NCBI GenBank assembly: GCA_000708835.1
Contig: DF237287.1
Span: 1-64,000 of the forward strand
From: Klebsormidium nitens
Lineage: Eukaryota; Plantae; Klebsormidiophyceae
DNA length: 64,000 nucleotides
Reading direction: 5' to 3'
Position numbers and translations under genes: made by a program. Positions 1-12,689 of the stretch are shown here, piece by piece. The notes beneath the pieces were generated by a model. That model worked only from the letters and a program-made list of their open reading frames with translations. It did no database searches and was not told where the DNA came from. Within the stretch, counting starts at the first letter, position 1. Every line of letters starts with the position of its first letter.

Positions 1-309
1 AACCCTCGTCGGGACGACTCGGTGGCTTAGGGGGGAAATAATGCATGACTATGAATTCCATACATAACCATACAACGAATTCATGTAGTTTCATCGCTTG
101 TCAATAAACACGAGCGCTCCGAAGTACCGAGCCTAATCAGATGCCGAGCCTGTATCGCATGACACGTTTGCAGCTTGCAGTGCGTATCCAAAATGCGAAG
201 CCATGTCCTTGGTAACTCTTGTATCTGATGCGTGCGAGCTGGAGGGGTTGCTATGAATGCAGACACATGAGACTCTCTTCGAAGGACGCATGTAGCTATC
301 ATGGTGGTC

Positions 310-3300
310 CTATAGAATCAACTTTTTTGGTTCTGTAGGGGACCTTGATCGGTGGCGCTTCTTGGGCTTGGCGGGGGTGCTGTGCACAGCCCCGTCATAT
401 GAGTGCCTCTGGTATTCCTCAAAGGCCTCTCTTACTTTGTCAGCCTGGCAGAAGGAAGAAGGATCCAAAGTAGGGCAGCTTTTGATGACTAGCGCGCAGC
501 TAACCGGCAATCGACAGCTTGGAGGCAGGTCGAAAGCAGTAGCAGTGAGTGCTAGACTCTACTTCCTTCCTTGGCCATTCAGTAGGACGCACACGCTTCA
601 ATACTGAATTCTCTCAATCAAGTCATCCATTGAGCGGGTAATCAGGTCAAGAGGGGGCCTTTAACGGCATGATGAAGGACGGTCTTGACTCACAATGTTT
701 GCTACAACCCGTAAGACGAACCACTGCAAGACGTTGCTCATAATGCAGCACTAGCAGAAGTGTGGCGCATAGCGATCAAGCTGCTGATGAGCAAGAAAAC
801 TCGTACCTTCGCAGGGTCCTTGGCGTACACCTTCACGATGTGCTCCTCAAAGACCTCGGGGAGCAGGTGGGAGACTTTGTGCTTCAGCATGAGGTACTTC
901 TCCGTTGAGTCGAACCGCTGCAAAAAGGCGACACGAGCAGGATCTTTCGGCAAGTGAGTCAAGGAACGGTCGGGTGCTGTGGAAGTGGAAGGGCTGGGTT
1001 TATGAGAGATCTCTTGACGCTGCAACTTAGAAAGGTATCTGGACCGTGCTAATGCACAGTCTTTGAACTCTAACTCTGTCACACCAAGGAGAGAGGAGAC
1101 ACGTGGAGAGGGAGAGGGAGAACTTACGTCGAAGAAGTGGACGCTGCAAGCACGAGACAGGAAAACATCAGCTACAACTCTCGAAGTTGAAAGCACGTTT
1201 TCCAACAGATACCAGGGGCCCTACAAAACTTGCAATCGGGCCCCGTCTGCGCAATGTCCCATGGATTGCTCTGGAATGTCTACTGTGCCCAAATCTGCAA
1301 ACACGCAAATTGGTTGCTGCGCATAGCAAACGCGCTGCGTGCTCACTTGTCCACAGGGTTCTTGTCTCCCAGAGCGTAGTTGATCTTCACGTTGGCGACT
1401 GCAATGTCGTCTGGCAGCAGTGCACCTTTTGATATCTGCAACCAAGAAGTCTGCGGGATGTTAATTTGAACCACAACTTCCCCATCCTCAATGCATCCGC
1501 ACAACCTGGGCCAAAAATCCTGCTCTTTCTGACCGCTTGAAAGATGCTGGGGACAGACATCAGGAAAAGTCTGCTCTTTCTTACCGTCTGAAAGATGCTG
1601 GGCCGAGAGTTTAGGTAAAAGAGGCTGGCATGAGCCTTTTATGATCAACAGAAGGCGCTCTGCCTAGTACCCTTCAGTCGAACAAGAAGCGAAGTCCAAC
1701 CTCACCGCCGCAATGTGGGCCGGTGTGACTTTCTCGCTCTTCCTGGGGCAGTCCTTGGGCTTGACGTACGAAGCACAGTAGCGGTAAAGATCCCTCTTCC
1801 GCAGCCTTTCAATGATCTTCCGTGAGGCTGCGAGCTCGGGTGCGTCGGAAACCTCGATCTTCTTCAAGATCGTATCGTCGAGCTGTCAAAACAAAAATCG
1901 ATCGGTGCGGAGCATCGGAATGATTTTAAGTTCGATCTAAACAAGAGACCCCCAACCCGGCTTCTCGCGTGAGTCCAGCTGCAGGAATAGGCACCCAACG
2001 CTGAATGTTTGATTGCAGCTCAAACAAAGACGAGTACTTTGAAGCCTTCGAATCTTTCTCACGACCAACCTACTCGGCAAACTGATAAGCAGAAAGAAGC
2101 CTCTTTACAGCTCTTGACAGGACCCCTTTCAAAGAGCTGCAGTCTTGGAGTTGTTGAGTCAAGGCCTCTTGCAATCCCGGAGTCTTACAATACTTGAAAG
2201 TGGCGAATTTGTCTGTGAACTTACCTTCCAGTAGGTTGCGGGGTCGTTGACAGTCTCCGTGAACTTCAGGTAAGGGTCTGCCAGAGACAGAGCATCCGTG
2301 ATCATGGCTTCGACAGCCTGCATAGAGATGCTTCCGCAGTCAGCCATGCTACAAAGATAGTCTCGACGATCTCCCGAGGAATCCGACGCAATCACGGAAA
2401 CGAGACAAACTCGAGCTGAAAAGATGGAATAGGTGTTCCAAGTGGCAGTTTTTAGTAGCAATCCTGCCTCACCTTGACCTTGTCATGGGTATATACAGTC
2501 CTGTAAAGCCGTGCTCTTGTCGCGAACAGGTGGTACAAGTTGTCACCTGCAAGAAGTGGCTTGTAGATTAAGTAGGCTCTTTTGGCGCAGGCTCTTACCT
2601 CGCGAATTTCACAACCTTAGTAATTCAACCAGTAAAAAGCTGTTTGATTCTGAAAAGGCGAAACAGGCACTCCAGCCAGATTCTCGCCAAACGATTCGCA
2701 GAGAGCACGTCAAATGGCTTTAAAGGGCCAGACAGTGAAAGTTGGGTAAAGACGAGCTATTTCGCCAAGTCCTTTTTAGACGACCAAGAGAGAGCAGCGG
2801 GAGTACCAGCGAACGGTCAAAGGCACATAAGGAGACGTAATCCGGGCCGAGGGAAACGACTTAATGCATGGCCGCTGACAGAAGGCAACGCGAGCTCACA
2901 TTGTTTCTGCCTGAAGCATATCTCGTTGTCAATCACCTTCATGCCCATAATGAGCCTGGAGACACATAGTGGGTGTAAGAAGCAGATATGCACGCGTCTC
3001 AGAAAATAACACACGGATGAGATAACAGCGAAAGAGCGATCGCTTTGATCTGACAGCATTTGCTAGGCAGACGGCAAGCCCTGCCACTCGAAAGATCCAA
3101 TTAGCGCTGGCATGGAGGCTCCAGCGTAATTTTACGAAGCAGCCAGAGAAAGTGCAAGACAAGTTCGGCTACACATAACTTCCGTCAAAACCTTGTAGGA
3201 CGCTCGTAGGACAATGTGTTGGACTCCATTCTTACCTCTCATATGAGTAACCTGACTCGACCCCACTGTTTCTACAGTCCCGGGCTATGTAGTCAAACTT

Positions 3301-5326
3301 ATCTACGTCAATGCTGTTCCGGACGTTTGCAACGACGTCGAAGAGGAACCGCTTGTTATCGTGCTGCATGTTCCAGCATCACATGAGTTCGAACATGTTT
3401 CGAACGGGAGGTCGAACAATGATAATGACTGTGTATACTCAAAGGCTCGACGAGGGAATGCCTTCCCTTTTCAAAAAGACGGTATGATGATCCAGAAAGA
3501 GCAAAGATTGAAGGCTGGGAAATTGCTGACTCCAAAGTGGCGAGAATGGCCGGACTGTATCTATCAGAAGAACCTCAACCTTTGACGTCGATTGAGAACC
3601 TGTACTTGATTCCATTTCACTTTGCTGCAACGCCACCTCACCTCATCAGGAAGGACTACCGTCCCAAGAATAAGATCCTGCACAGACAGGGGAGTGAAAT
3701 GGTGTGGGACAACATGCCGCCTTCTTATCCTCAAACTTCGAGATACTCTGCAGAACAAGTGAATGTTTCCCCGTCCGAAGAGCATTGTCCTTCACTCAAG
3801 AAACTCTGGCATACCCAAAGATACCTACCTATCTGAGTTTCTAACCTCACCTTCACACGCTTCAGAAGAGCCGGAGGGATGTCGACATTGTAAGTTTCCA
3901 CGATATAATCCAGCATCTTGGTGGACATGTGCTCGTGCTTCCAATCTTCAAGGGCTGGAATCTTGGAGAGGATCTCGTTGTCAAACACTGCAGAGGACAG
4001 CGCCGAGAAATGGCTTCATGAGAGCAACAGGGACGACCAGTTGTTGCCTAAGCTACATGAAAGCTACTGTTCAGGGGCCATGCAGACCCATCCAGTTCCA
4101 AATTTACATGCTACTGTGGATCAGGAGAGCTTTCCATATTCGTCCGAATTAGTGACAGGTCTGACTCAATCAATTAATGAAAGTGCTGAACAAGGATCTT
4201 CAAATGCAACCAATGGTAGGACTTCAAAAGCTCACCATGAGAGAATGGTCCATGACCCAAGTCGTGGCAGAGTCCTGCGCAGTATAGACGGGAAAGGTAA
4301 AGACAACAGCATGTTTCTGGTTACTCTAACCTATGACTTGGCTGAAGCTGTCATTCTGGCATAGTGCCCTTTCGGCAGCTGTTTGCCGGAGATAGGTTTG
4401 CCAGGTCAGATGTCAGAGCGTTTGAATAGCAACAGCTGACAAAGCACAGTTTGGGAGCGTTCAGGGCACGGGCTCACCTGCTAGCATCAGGGCGCTTCTG
4501 TCGAATTCAGTCAGATCAAGCTCTGCTTGCTGGAAATGGCTCAGATGTTCATACACGTCCCCGGCTAACTTGTATGTTCCTGCACACATTGAGGACCAGT
4601 CAACATTTCAAAGACAGAAAGGCTTTTGAGGGCTTCTTGTCACATCCTCTAGGATCACTCGATTAGTGTGTGGTCTCAACTGTAAGTACGGTTTTACTCA
4701 CCAAGCGAGTGTTCAAAGCGGGTGTGAATAGCTCCCGGGAACACGAAGCTGCAGCAACCTAGTTGCTTGATGTCTCTCAACCTGCAGAGACAGGTAAGAA
4801 CTTCAGTCCTGTCCATTGCAATGATGTGACCGTTTGATAGCGATCAAAATGTGATGCCAAACCGATCAAGCATGCCCCGTGTACCAAGAAAACTTTTGTG
4901 TTTGTAAAGCATACGGTGAAGGGATCATGCCACGGACTTTAAGTTGGACTAAATAGACTCCTGGTCAGGAGGGGGCTCACCGTTGGAATGGTGGTGTGTC
5001 AATGATCTGGAGGGCCACCTACAGCAAACGACCGAGGTCTGATGAGGCCAATGTCTGGTGCTTTGTAAGCTCCTAACCCACCTTACGTGACATGCAATCT
5101 TTCAGCTGAATGAATTGATTGCTCTAATGAGGGAACTGAAGTCTCACCAGGTCAGGGCACTGCTTCTACAGTGGGGGGCTAAGCACTACTTTGACAGCAT
5201 TGTGAGCGAGGTCAGCTCTGTACTCACCGGATCTAAAGATATTGTTCCGTGCACATTGTCATGAATCTCTTTTGTTCGTGCGGTTCTGTGCGCCTGCACC
5301 AGCGGGCGGTTCGCTTGCTGGGACAT
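310..5326 (-). CDS. VEN4: SAMHD1/VENOSA4-like HD-domain dNTP triphosphohydrolase, 16 exons
   Basis: Phase-consistent GT-AG exons: 5326-5228, 5018-4981, 4781-4702, 4579-4478, 4274-4236, 3987-3851, 3677-3642, 3363-3236, 2955-2900, 2546-2473, 2317-2225, 1882-1706, 1435-1347, 1143-1128, 917-807, 444-310. The translation has [54 protein letters not shown] (HD), [18 protein letters not shown] and LRKRDLY, all SAMHD1-family motifs. The start is uncertain because the ORF stays open to 5608. Confidence 0.93.
1520..1602. repeat. Intronic 32-bp direct repeat, 2 copies 51 bp apart
   Basis: ctgctctttctgaccgcttgaaagatgctggg (1520-1551) vs ctgctctttcttaccgtctgaaagatgctggg (1571-1602), inside a VEN4 intron. 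Confidence 0.85.
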
Positions 5327-7126
5327 GGTGAAATCATCCTCTTCTAGAAAGCCGTTCATTTTTGTAGCACAATCCACTCCCCCAGCTTTACCTGCAGATG
5401 CATAAACTTTCTCAGCACTATCTAACATGCAAGTCTCACCATCTTTGCCTTCGCAAATGTTTGAGGCTCTGTGGCTGCTCAAAGCGTCAGAAATGGTCAA
5501 TAGAATGCTATTCTTATGACGAAGATTGAGTTCCAGTGCTGACATTTGCTTTTCAACCCACCTATTAGCAGCAATCATAGCACCACTACCAATTGCCGCT
5601 CGTTGCACTCTCGCATATGCAAATGATACGGGTGATCCAAATAGCTATGTTTCAAGTGGTAAAAACATCAATACAGGATGAAGTAGTAGAAAGGCCATCA
5701 GGTGAGGTACTTACAAGTCTTTCAATCCAGCTCACTTTCGACAGCCCCTTTCTTTTTGCATTGGACCTGTGTGCTTTGCTCGATCCTGTCACGCCGCTCA
5801 AGTAAGCCCACCTTTTCAGCAGAAAACTGAGCCTTGCTAAATGGACGGCATTGAGAAGCCCTTTCTCCCTTGTCAGAACAAGAGGAAATCAGCTCAACCT
5901 TGACGCGTAGACAGCATTGGACAGAAGATTGTAGCCTCAAGAATCAAAGCCAGCTCAAACTCAAGGCGACCATCCCCAAGCTTGCACCTGGAAGTTGAAC
6001 ACTGTGACTTGAATAGTTGGACGTTCAGAATTGAATTAATCATATGCATCGTTGCGGACGTTTGGAAAAGCCAGAAATCCGACGCGTACGAAACGTACCA
6101 AATTTGGAAAGCACGCCGACGTTGGTCGGAGATCCGACGCGCGCATTACTAGTCAAAGCCGCGCGCATACTAGGTATGTCTGGTAATGGTAAAACGTCGA
6201 CGTGCCTGTCGTCGTAATTAATAAGGCATCCAGCTTTCTGGGGGATCCCGCAGAAATTGCGGCCACCTCAATGATGACCGTTCGATGACCACCGAGGCCC
6301 GACGGATCCTACCGGTATGTGACCTGGAGGTCTTCGGTACTCGACGCTAATGTTTCGCTACAGTCTGCTGGGCCACGGCCCACAAGCCGTACAGGTTAAG
6401 TTTCAGTTTAGATTACTGCCGGACGATCCGCGTATGGCTGTGTTCGATCTGTTCTTGGTCCGATCGGACCCTTTGCTCGGCGCTTCTAGAATGTGAGCTG
6501 GCCGAGCGAAATTTGGTAACGAATCAGGTCTCTCTCTGTGAAACCATCCCCGGGGATTTTAGCCAGGCAATTCTCGCCCTGCCAGATCTATCACCTTATC
6601 GGAGTCGAATAGAACCGAAGGAAGCGGAGATGATGAGATGGAAGATCGATACATCCCAAATCCTCAAATATGCATACCGTAATTCCAAATCCATCAGGTA
6701 GAATCAACCAGCCTCACCCCGGCCGGGCGGTTGCTTGTTTTTACCCCGGTCGGACACAACATGCCCGGTTTCGAATTGTATGTACTATGGCGCCATGAGG
6801 GCGCCATGTACGTCCGCTTATAGAAATCAACCGAGCTGACTTCAGCAGCCAACCGAGCTTCAAGGACTGTTCCCCCGGTGCAGGAGGTTAACCGTTACTG
6901 ACAACCGGTACGTGATTCTTACACACCGTACCCATGGGCAAGTAAAATCGTACGCCCAATAACCCAGGTATGTACGGTGCTTCCAATTACGGTATCATGG
7001 TCGCGGTGTAAAACGGTCACGGGTAGCCCGCGAGTACCAAACCGGTACCTCCTAGCTGACCAGCTGGAGATGTGTTGCCACGCTAGCTTGCACTAACACT
7101 AAGATAAGCTCCCGGGGGAGGGGTGC

Positions 7127-7156
7127 GGTTAGTCTGGGGGTTAGGGTGGGTGCGGG
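7127..7156 (+). repeat. G-rich telomere-like motif, with an inverted copy at 43940-43969
   Basis: ggttagtctgggggttagggtgggtgcggg matches the reverse complement of 43940-43969 (ggttagttggggggttagggtgggtacggg) and has four G-tracts. Confidence 0.7.
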
Positions 7157-8023
7157 TGCGAAGGGCGTGACAAGAATCATTTGGTTAGGCCTTTTACTTT
7201 GGGCTCCCGGGAGCTGCGGTATGTATCTTGGTGCAAGCGGCGTTGCCAGTATTACCTACCTAAATTGCCATGGGCTTGCAAGTTGCATGCCGGCATGCAT
7301 GGGGACCGGGCCGCCCCACTTGGAAATCATCCTGCGGCTGCTTGTCAACTTGGCTTGCGTACACCCCTCCCAGATCTGGACAGGTGTATGAGGTCTACTG
7401 TAGTCTACCAATCCGTACGAACGTAACCGTCCATGGGGGCTGGCCGCCAGTGCACTCTCCCCAAAAGTTTTGCTAAAATGACGAGACATCCGCTGCTCAG
7501 AGCAGTGCCGTTGCCATCCGTGGAATTGACATTCATGATTGCTTTGAAGCCCCATCGAACAGCTCATGAATGTTTGGCGGCCCACCATTACTTCTTCGTA
7601 TAGGACCTAGCTGTGGTGGTGCTCGAGCAAGGTTGCTCCTTGCAGCAGTGGTACTCGTGCTATGTCTTCCCGAGCGCTTTGACATGAAGCGAGCTGATAC
7701 TCCGAGTACCTGAATCTGGCAACGATGTGACAGGAAGAGGAAGTGGTCACCCGGTGCTTTTGGCTGAGGGCCAGGGGCTGAGCTCGCGTCCTGTCCGATG
7801 CATCCTGTCTGGTGCATGTTCTGCTCTGTTTCCACCAACGCATCTGGGAAGTGCCACCCGTTCTCCCCAAGACGTCCTCACCTCGGTGGCAGCAACGGTG
7901 AAAATTCAAGGGTTTCTTACTGCACCGGACAGGATATAGAGTCCTACATGCAAGCAGAGCAACAATGACATGTCTTGCATTCTGTGGGTATACCAATCCA
8001 GCTGCTTTGATTGCTGGTACTGA

Positions 8024-10915
8024 ATGGCCGGCGAGGAGTTTCAAGTGTGGAACGCAGGAAGGGAGTTCTCCATGGGGGGCGAGCTCCAAGGGCCGGAGGC
8101 GGCTGGTATCATCGATCCGTTTTACGAATGCATGGATTGCCCCATGTTTGTGGACTTCACGCAGCCGGACAGAATATCGGAAGAGGATCTCCAAACATGG
8201 TTTGAGATGTATATTGACAGAGAAGGTGAGCTGGCAGCACCTCATTTGACTGTGACCAATCTTAGAATCAGCTCTTGTAAGAGTAGCCAGAATGATAAGT
8301 CAGCTCCTTCTTGGGGAGAAGGGCCAAAGTCCGCGGTTGGTGTTTTCTCCGCACCGGTTGAGGCAAGGGCCAAGCTGAAGTCAAGTATGTAGGGGCCTGA
8401 GAAAAAGGGGCTCGGAGAAGTGTCCCTGGCCAGTGCATTATTGAGGTATGCGCAGTAGTTCACAGCATTGGTGCGGATGGCACTCTTGGCACAGGTTTCA
8501 GCTTGGTTTCGAGCATTGTTTGCAACGTAGGGCCAATGAAAGTTTGAAGAGAGTGGTTGTGGCTTGAGATGATATGATTGAATCCACTTCTAGCTGAAGG
8601 AATCTAACCACCCTTGATCTGCATGATGGTGTCATCATGGTTCATTGGTTCTGGAAGCAGGGAGGCATCATGCTTTTAGAAAGAGACGATTGTCAGGGAG
8701 CCCCCTTATGGGGTATTTTGCGTCAGCTGCTTTGACACATCTTCTTTTGCCAATTCAGAGAATTTTAAGAGTATGGCTCGGATTGATATAGCTCACACCT
8801 TCCCAGCGTCAATCTGTCCCTGACTCTAACTTATTTTGCTTTCACTTCTGTATATGACAAAAATTCCTAGGTTCCCAGATCCGGGTGCCCTGGTTTGCTA
8901 TAACATCTTTCTGGTTCAACAGCTGTTGTTTCAGCTCGTCCATGGTCGATGGAATCCAGACAGGTGCTCAGATAATTCACATGGAGGTGTTTTGCTCAAC
9001 CTTGCGGTTCTCTTATGCAGTGATTAAGGGGCGTATGTCCCTCAGCAGATCACCCATGTCTATGCATAGATTGATCTCTTCCCCCTCTACTTTTAGCAGC
9101 ATCATTCAAGGCGGAATTTTAGTTGCTCTGCAAAACAAAGTTTTCTTGCCTGTCGTTCGAAGTTGTCAACTTTTCCAGGTATTTGTAACATACTTTTCTA
9201 GAGACTGTCTTAGAGCTCTATCGTCGTTGGGAACACTGTATATCCAACAGCTCCCATGCCTTGCTTTTCTTCCTCTGCCTGTGTAAGGATGTGAATCCTG
9301 TCGCCCTTTCATTAAGTGCTTTCCAATCCACAGGCTAATATTCAGTGCAGGGTCAACTGACATCTCTCTCTTCGAAATTTCTTGGTACGTTTCTGTTTCG
9401 ACTGACCAACAGTAACCCTTTCATTTGCAAAGAGAAACATTTGAACCCTGTCATTAGTTGGAATGCCCCTTCCTTGCAGATTGAAAAGGACAACCTTTAT
9501 CCACCGCTTTTCTATTAGTGTGCCAGCCTTGGCGCTTCTAATATGTTCCTGTACCAATATCAGTCCTGGACTTCCCTGCCGCTTCGAAATTGCCCCTTTG
9601 TTGAGCTGCCAGCTGAGCTCTCCGTTCCCGCTATGCCTTCAGCTAAACGGTTTGCCTGTCAGGGGCTGCCTTCCCTGTGACAAAAAAGTAAGCCCAGTGA
9701 TCCTCATGTCCTACTTCCATGTTCTACTAGCGTGACTAATCCTTGCCCCGCCCTATTTTTGTCTCAGTCGGCAAGCCCCGGAGCTACCCCCTGTTCCGGG
9801 ACCCCATCATGGACCTCGCCCTCTGCGAATTGGAGGTTGAGCGTCTCCTCAAAGGCGCCCCGCCTTCTGGCCTGCGCCCCTTCCAGATAAACCAAACCCC
9901 CCCCAGGCAGAGGGCCACTTCCAAGGCCATTGCCACCCCCCCTCGGCAGAGAATTAACCCTACGGCGAGCTCCAGCCCGCCCCGCCACGGCAGCCCATCC
10001 GGCAGCCCCAACTCGGTGCTCTGTGCGCAGCCCCTTCGGAGGTCCAAATCGAGCAAAGGCTCCGCGTGGAGCCAGCCCTCAAAGGCGTCCGAATCCTACA
10101 GGCGTCCGGCGTTCGGGCCTGCTGACGTCAGCAGGACGTCGAAGTGGGGCCTGGTCACGTCGCTGAGCAAGTCGGCCGACCTGGGGTCTCCCAGAACGAA
10201 GCGCGCGCCCGAGCCGGCGCGGGTGTCCGAACCAAAGTTGGCCTTCAAGGTGCGTTTGGCGTCCAAACCAGAGCTGGCGTCCGAACTTTCTCAGGCGTCC
10301 GAACTTGGAGCGTGCCCAAAGCGGTACATGCTGCCAACTGCGGCGTCCATCCGAAAGCAGAGCCCAAAGGCATCCCGCCCCGTCAAGCCGTCAGCGGACG
10401 GCCTCGAGGGGGATCCCTCTGGGCGACGGCCGAAGTGGCAGCTGCCCTCCCCGGTGGTCCGGAGAACGACCCCCCGGCACAGCGTTGCGGCCAAGTCGAG
10501 GGCCGAGTCGAGTTGTGAGTGGAGTGCTCAGGCGCCGGGTTTGTCAAACCACTCTGGAAAGACTCCCGAATCCCAGAGCATCATAAAACATGTGGCCAAG
10601 GTCATGACCGGGCAGGGTTGTGAGCTGCCCGGGACTGTCAAGGGTCAGGACTTACCGCCGCCTGACCTCCAGAAGCGACCGGGACAGCCGGCACGCCCCC
10701 GCGTTGTGTTGCCGGAGCATGTGACGTACGCAAGTAGGAGCGCATATGATCTGGAGAAGCTCGCGGAGGAGCGGAAGGCTAGGTTGCGAGTGGAGTTGAA
10801 TCGCAGAGCGGGAGAGGGAGCCACGTGGCAGAGGCAACCGGCTGGCCTGGGCGTTCTCCCGGGCGGCGGGAGTAGCCGTTTTGACGAGCAGGCGCAATGG
10901 GTGCTGGCTCTGTAA
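8024..10915 (+). CDS. Two-exon Ser/Pro/basic-rich protein with an N-terminal FYE-x-DCPMFVDF...WF motif resembling the TPX2-type N-terminus
   Basis: Exon 8024-8225 (donor GAAG|GTGAG) splices in phase to 9768-10915 (branch tgactaat, acceptor ttttgtctcAG). The second exon lies in the 390-aa GC-rich ORF. The product assignment rests only on a short motif resemblance. Confidence 0.6.
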
Positions 10916-12329
10916 TGCAGTAACGCGTAGGGGCAGGAGACATCCGCACGTTATCACCTCGATAGCGGCGCGTCCTAATGACAGTTAATGCGGCTTCTAA
11001 CATGACCAAGTTTTGGAAGCAAACAGTCAAAGTCTGGTCAAGCTCGTTGCATGGGCAGGCCACTCGTGCTGATCTGTGGTCGTAGGTGCATACGATTCCT
11101 GACGCTTCACCTCTGAAGAGGTTACTTATAGGTGAGGGAAACAGAGTCTGATTCCAACTAACAATACCAGTAGCAAGTGTTGCAGTGCAAGTTAGTGTAG
11201 AAGCGTCAGAGTACGTATACAACTAACCGATAATCTGTTAGCTAGCTCAGACATGGTGTGCGCTGGTTTCGATCATGTTGTGCACCTAACTCGAGTGCAC
11301 CTAACCATCGTGCACAGACTCGAGCTGATTTGCAACACGAAGGTGTTGAAGAAGGAATACCAGGCTACAATCGCTTTGTTTCGGTGCGCACCATGGTTTT
11401 TGCAGAAGAACGTTGCGGCCGCTTAGTTGGCAGGTTCATGAATCTGTTTGGTGCAAATACTGCATGTGCAGTCGGAGTGAAGCAAGGTTGGTGCTGGCTA
11501 CGTACTCTGCGCATGGATCACGATATGCGTATGTGCAGGCCTGAAGCTTTTCGCGGATTCGGAACATCTACGAACGAGCTCCGCAGCTCCATTAAAGCGC
11601 CATCAACTTTCAACCACTTTAGTGACTGCGGCCTGCAATCCGCTTAATTTGCCAATACCGCGTCAAGCTTGCGACTTTTCTGCACAGCCCAGCTGGTAAT
11701 GAGTGCGCATTATACAATATATAGCGTGTCCTAGCATGGCCTTATCATCATTTGACTGCAAAATCGGTCCACGTGATTATGCGTGTTCGTGGCGCCAAAA
11801 GTGACTCCCATTGGCTTTCGCTAGATATACGGTACTTCGTGCAACGGACAAGAGGCCAGCAGGCAAGTGCAACGGTATGCCTTGCAAATTAATGACATGT
11901 GCGCATCGATTTGAAACCACGGGTGTAAATGATAAGCTGAGCTCGACATGTCCTGAAGTACAAGCTTGCAGGCCCCTTTGAGGATCGAGGGTCAAAGGAC
12001 TGGAACGATCATACCTACTGGGACCAAACGGGTCTTATGCTTCGCCGTAACCTTGTACATTTGACGAGGGGGACAGTCGCGCGCGCAGGTCAGAAACAGC
12101 AGGTTGGTGCAAGTCAGCTCGAAAACTGGCCAGGAGATCACCGAGATTTACTAAGAGCCCGGCTTTTCTTAGTGCATGAATAGGTGCTGTAGTCAGGCAC
12201 ACAAATGAAGGGGGGCTTCTGCTGGTGTATACCTTCCCTTTATCAAGTTACGATGCATGTATGGGGGCCCCTTGATATGTTGTTCGCCTGCCTTTGTAAG
12301 GCGTGCAAATCCGCGCTACATGACTATCT

Positions 12330-12689
12330 TCACGGGCCTGATGCTGTGCTGGTATTTCCCCGCGCCACATTTGTTGCTGTGTCCCTCCTAGGAGCCACAG
12401 TTACTGGGTCTAAAGCCGCTCCGATCTGGGAGAGGCGCCAGAAAAGAAGGCCTATAGCTCCCAGGACCAGAACCCTTATCTCAGAGTGACTGAGAGTGTC
12501 TTCGCCGCAGACGAATGAAAGAAAGAGAATGTAGAGCGCAGCCCACCCAAATAGGGGCCACAGCAGAAACGCGCCGATCCTTAACCACTTCGGAAGTGCA
12601 GAGAGGGGGGTGCCCCAAAGGGTAGGCTCGTTGTCAACCGTTGGCGCTCTTGTGTACGTCCCCTGTGTTCCCGCTTCCTTGCTAGCCAT
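12330..12689 (-). CDS. Small hypothetical membrane protein (119 aa from ATG 12689; ORF open to 12833)
   Basis: Two hydrophobic segments (IGAFLLWPLFGWAALYILFLSFV; IRVLVLGAIGLLFWRL). The upstream in-frame stretch is R/S-rich, like a transit peptide. The 5' exon structure is unresolved. Confidence 0.4.
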   Translation of the reverse strand: MASKEAGTQGTYTRAPTVDNEPTLWGTPLSALPKWLRIGAFLLWPLFGWAALYILFLSFVCGEDTLSHSEIRVLVLGAIGLLFWRLSQIGAALDPVTVAPRRDTATNVARGNTSTASGP

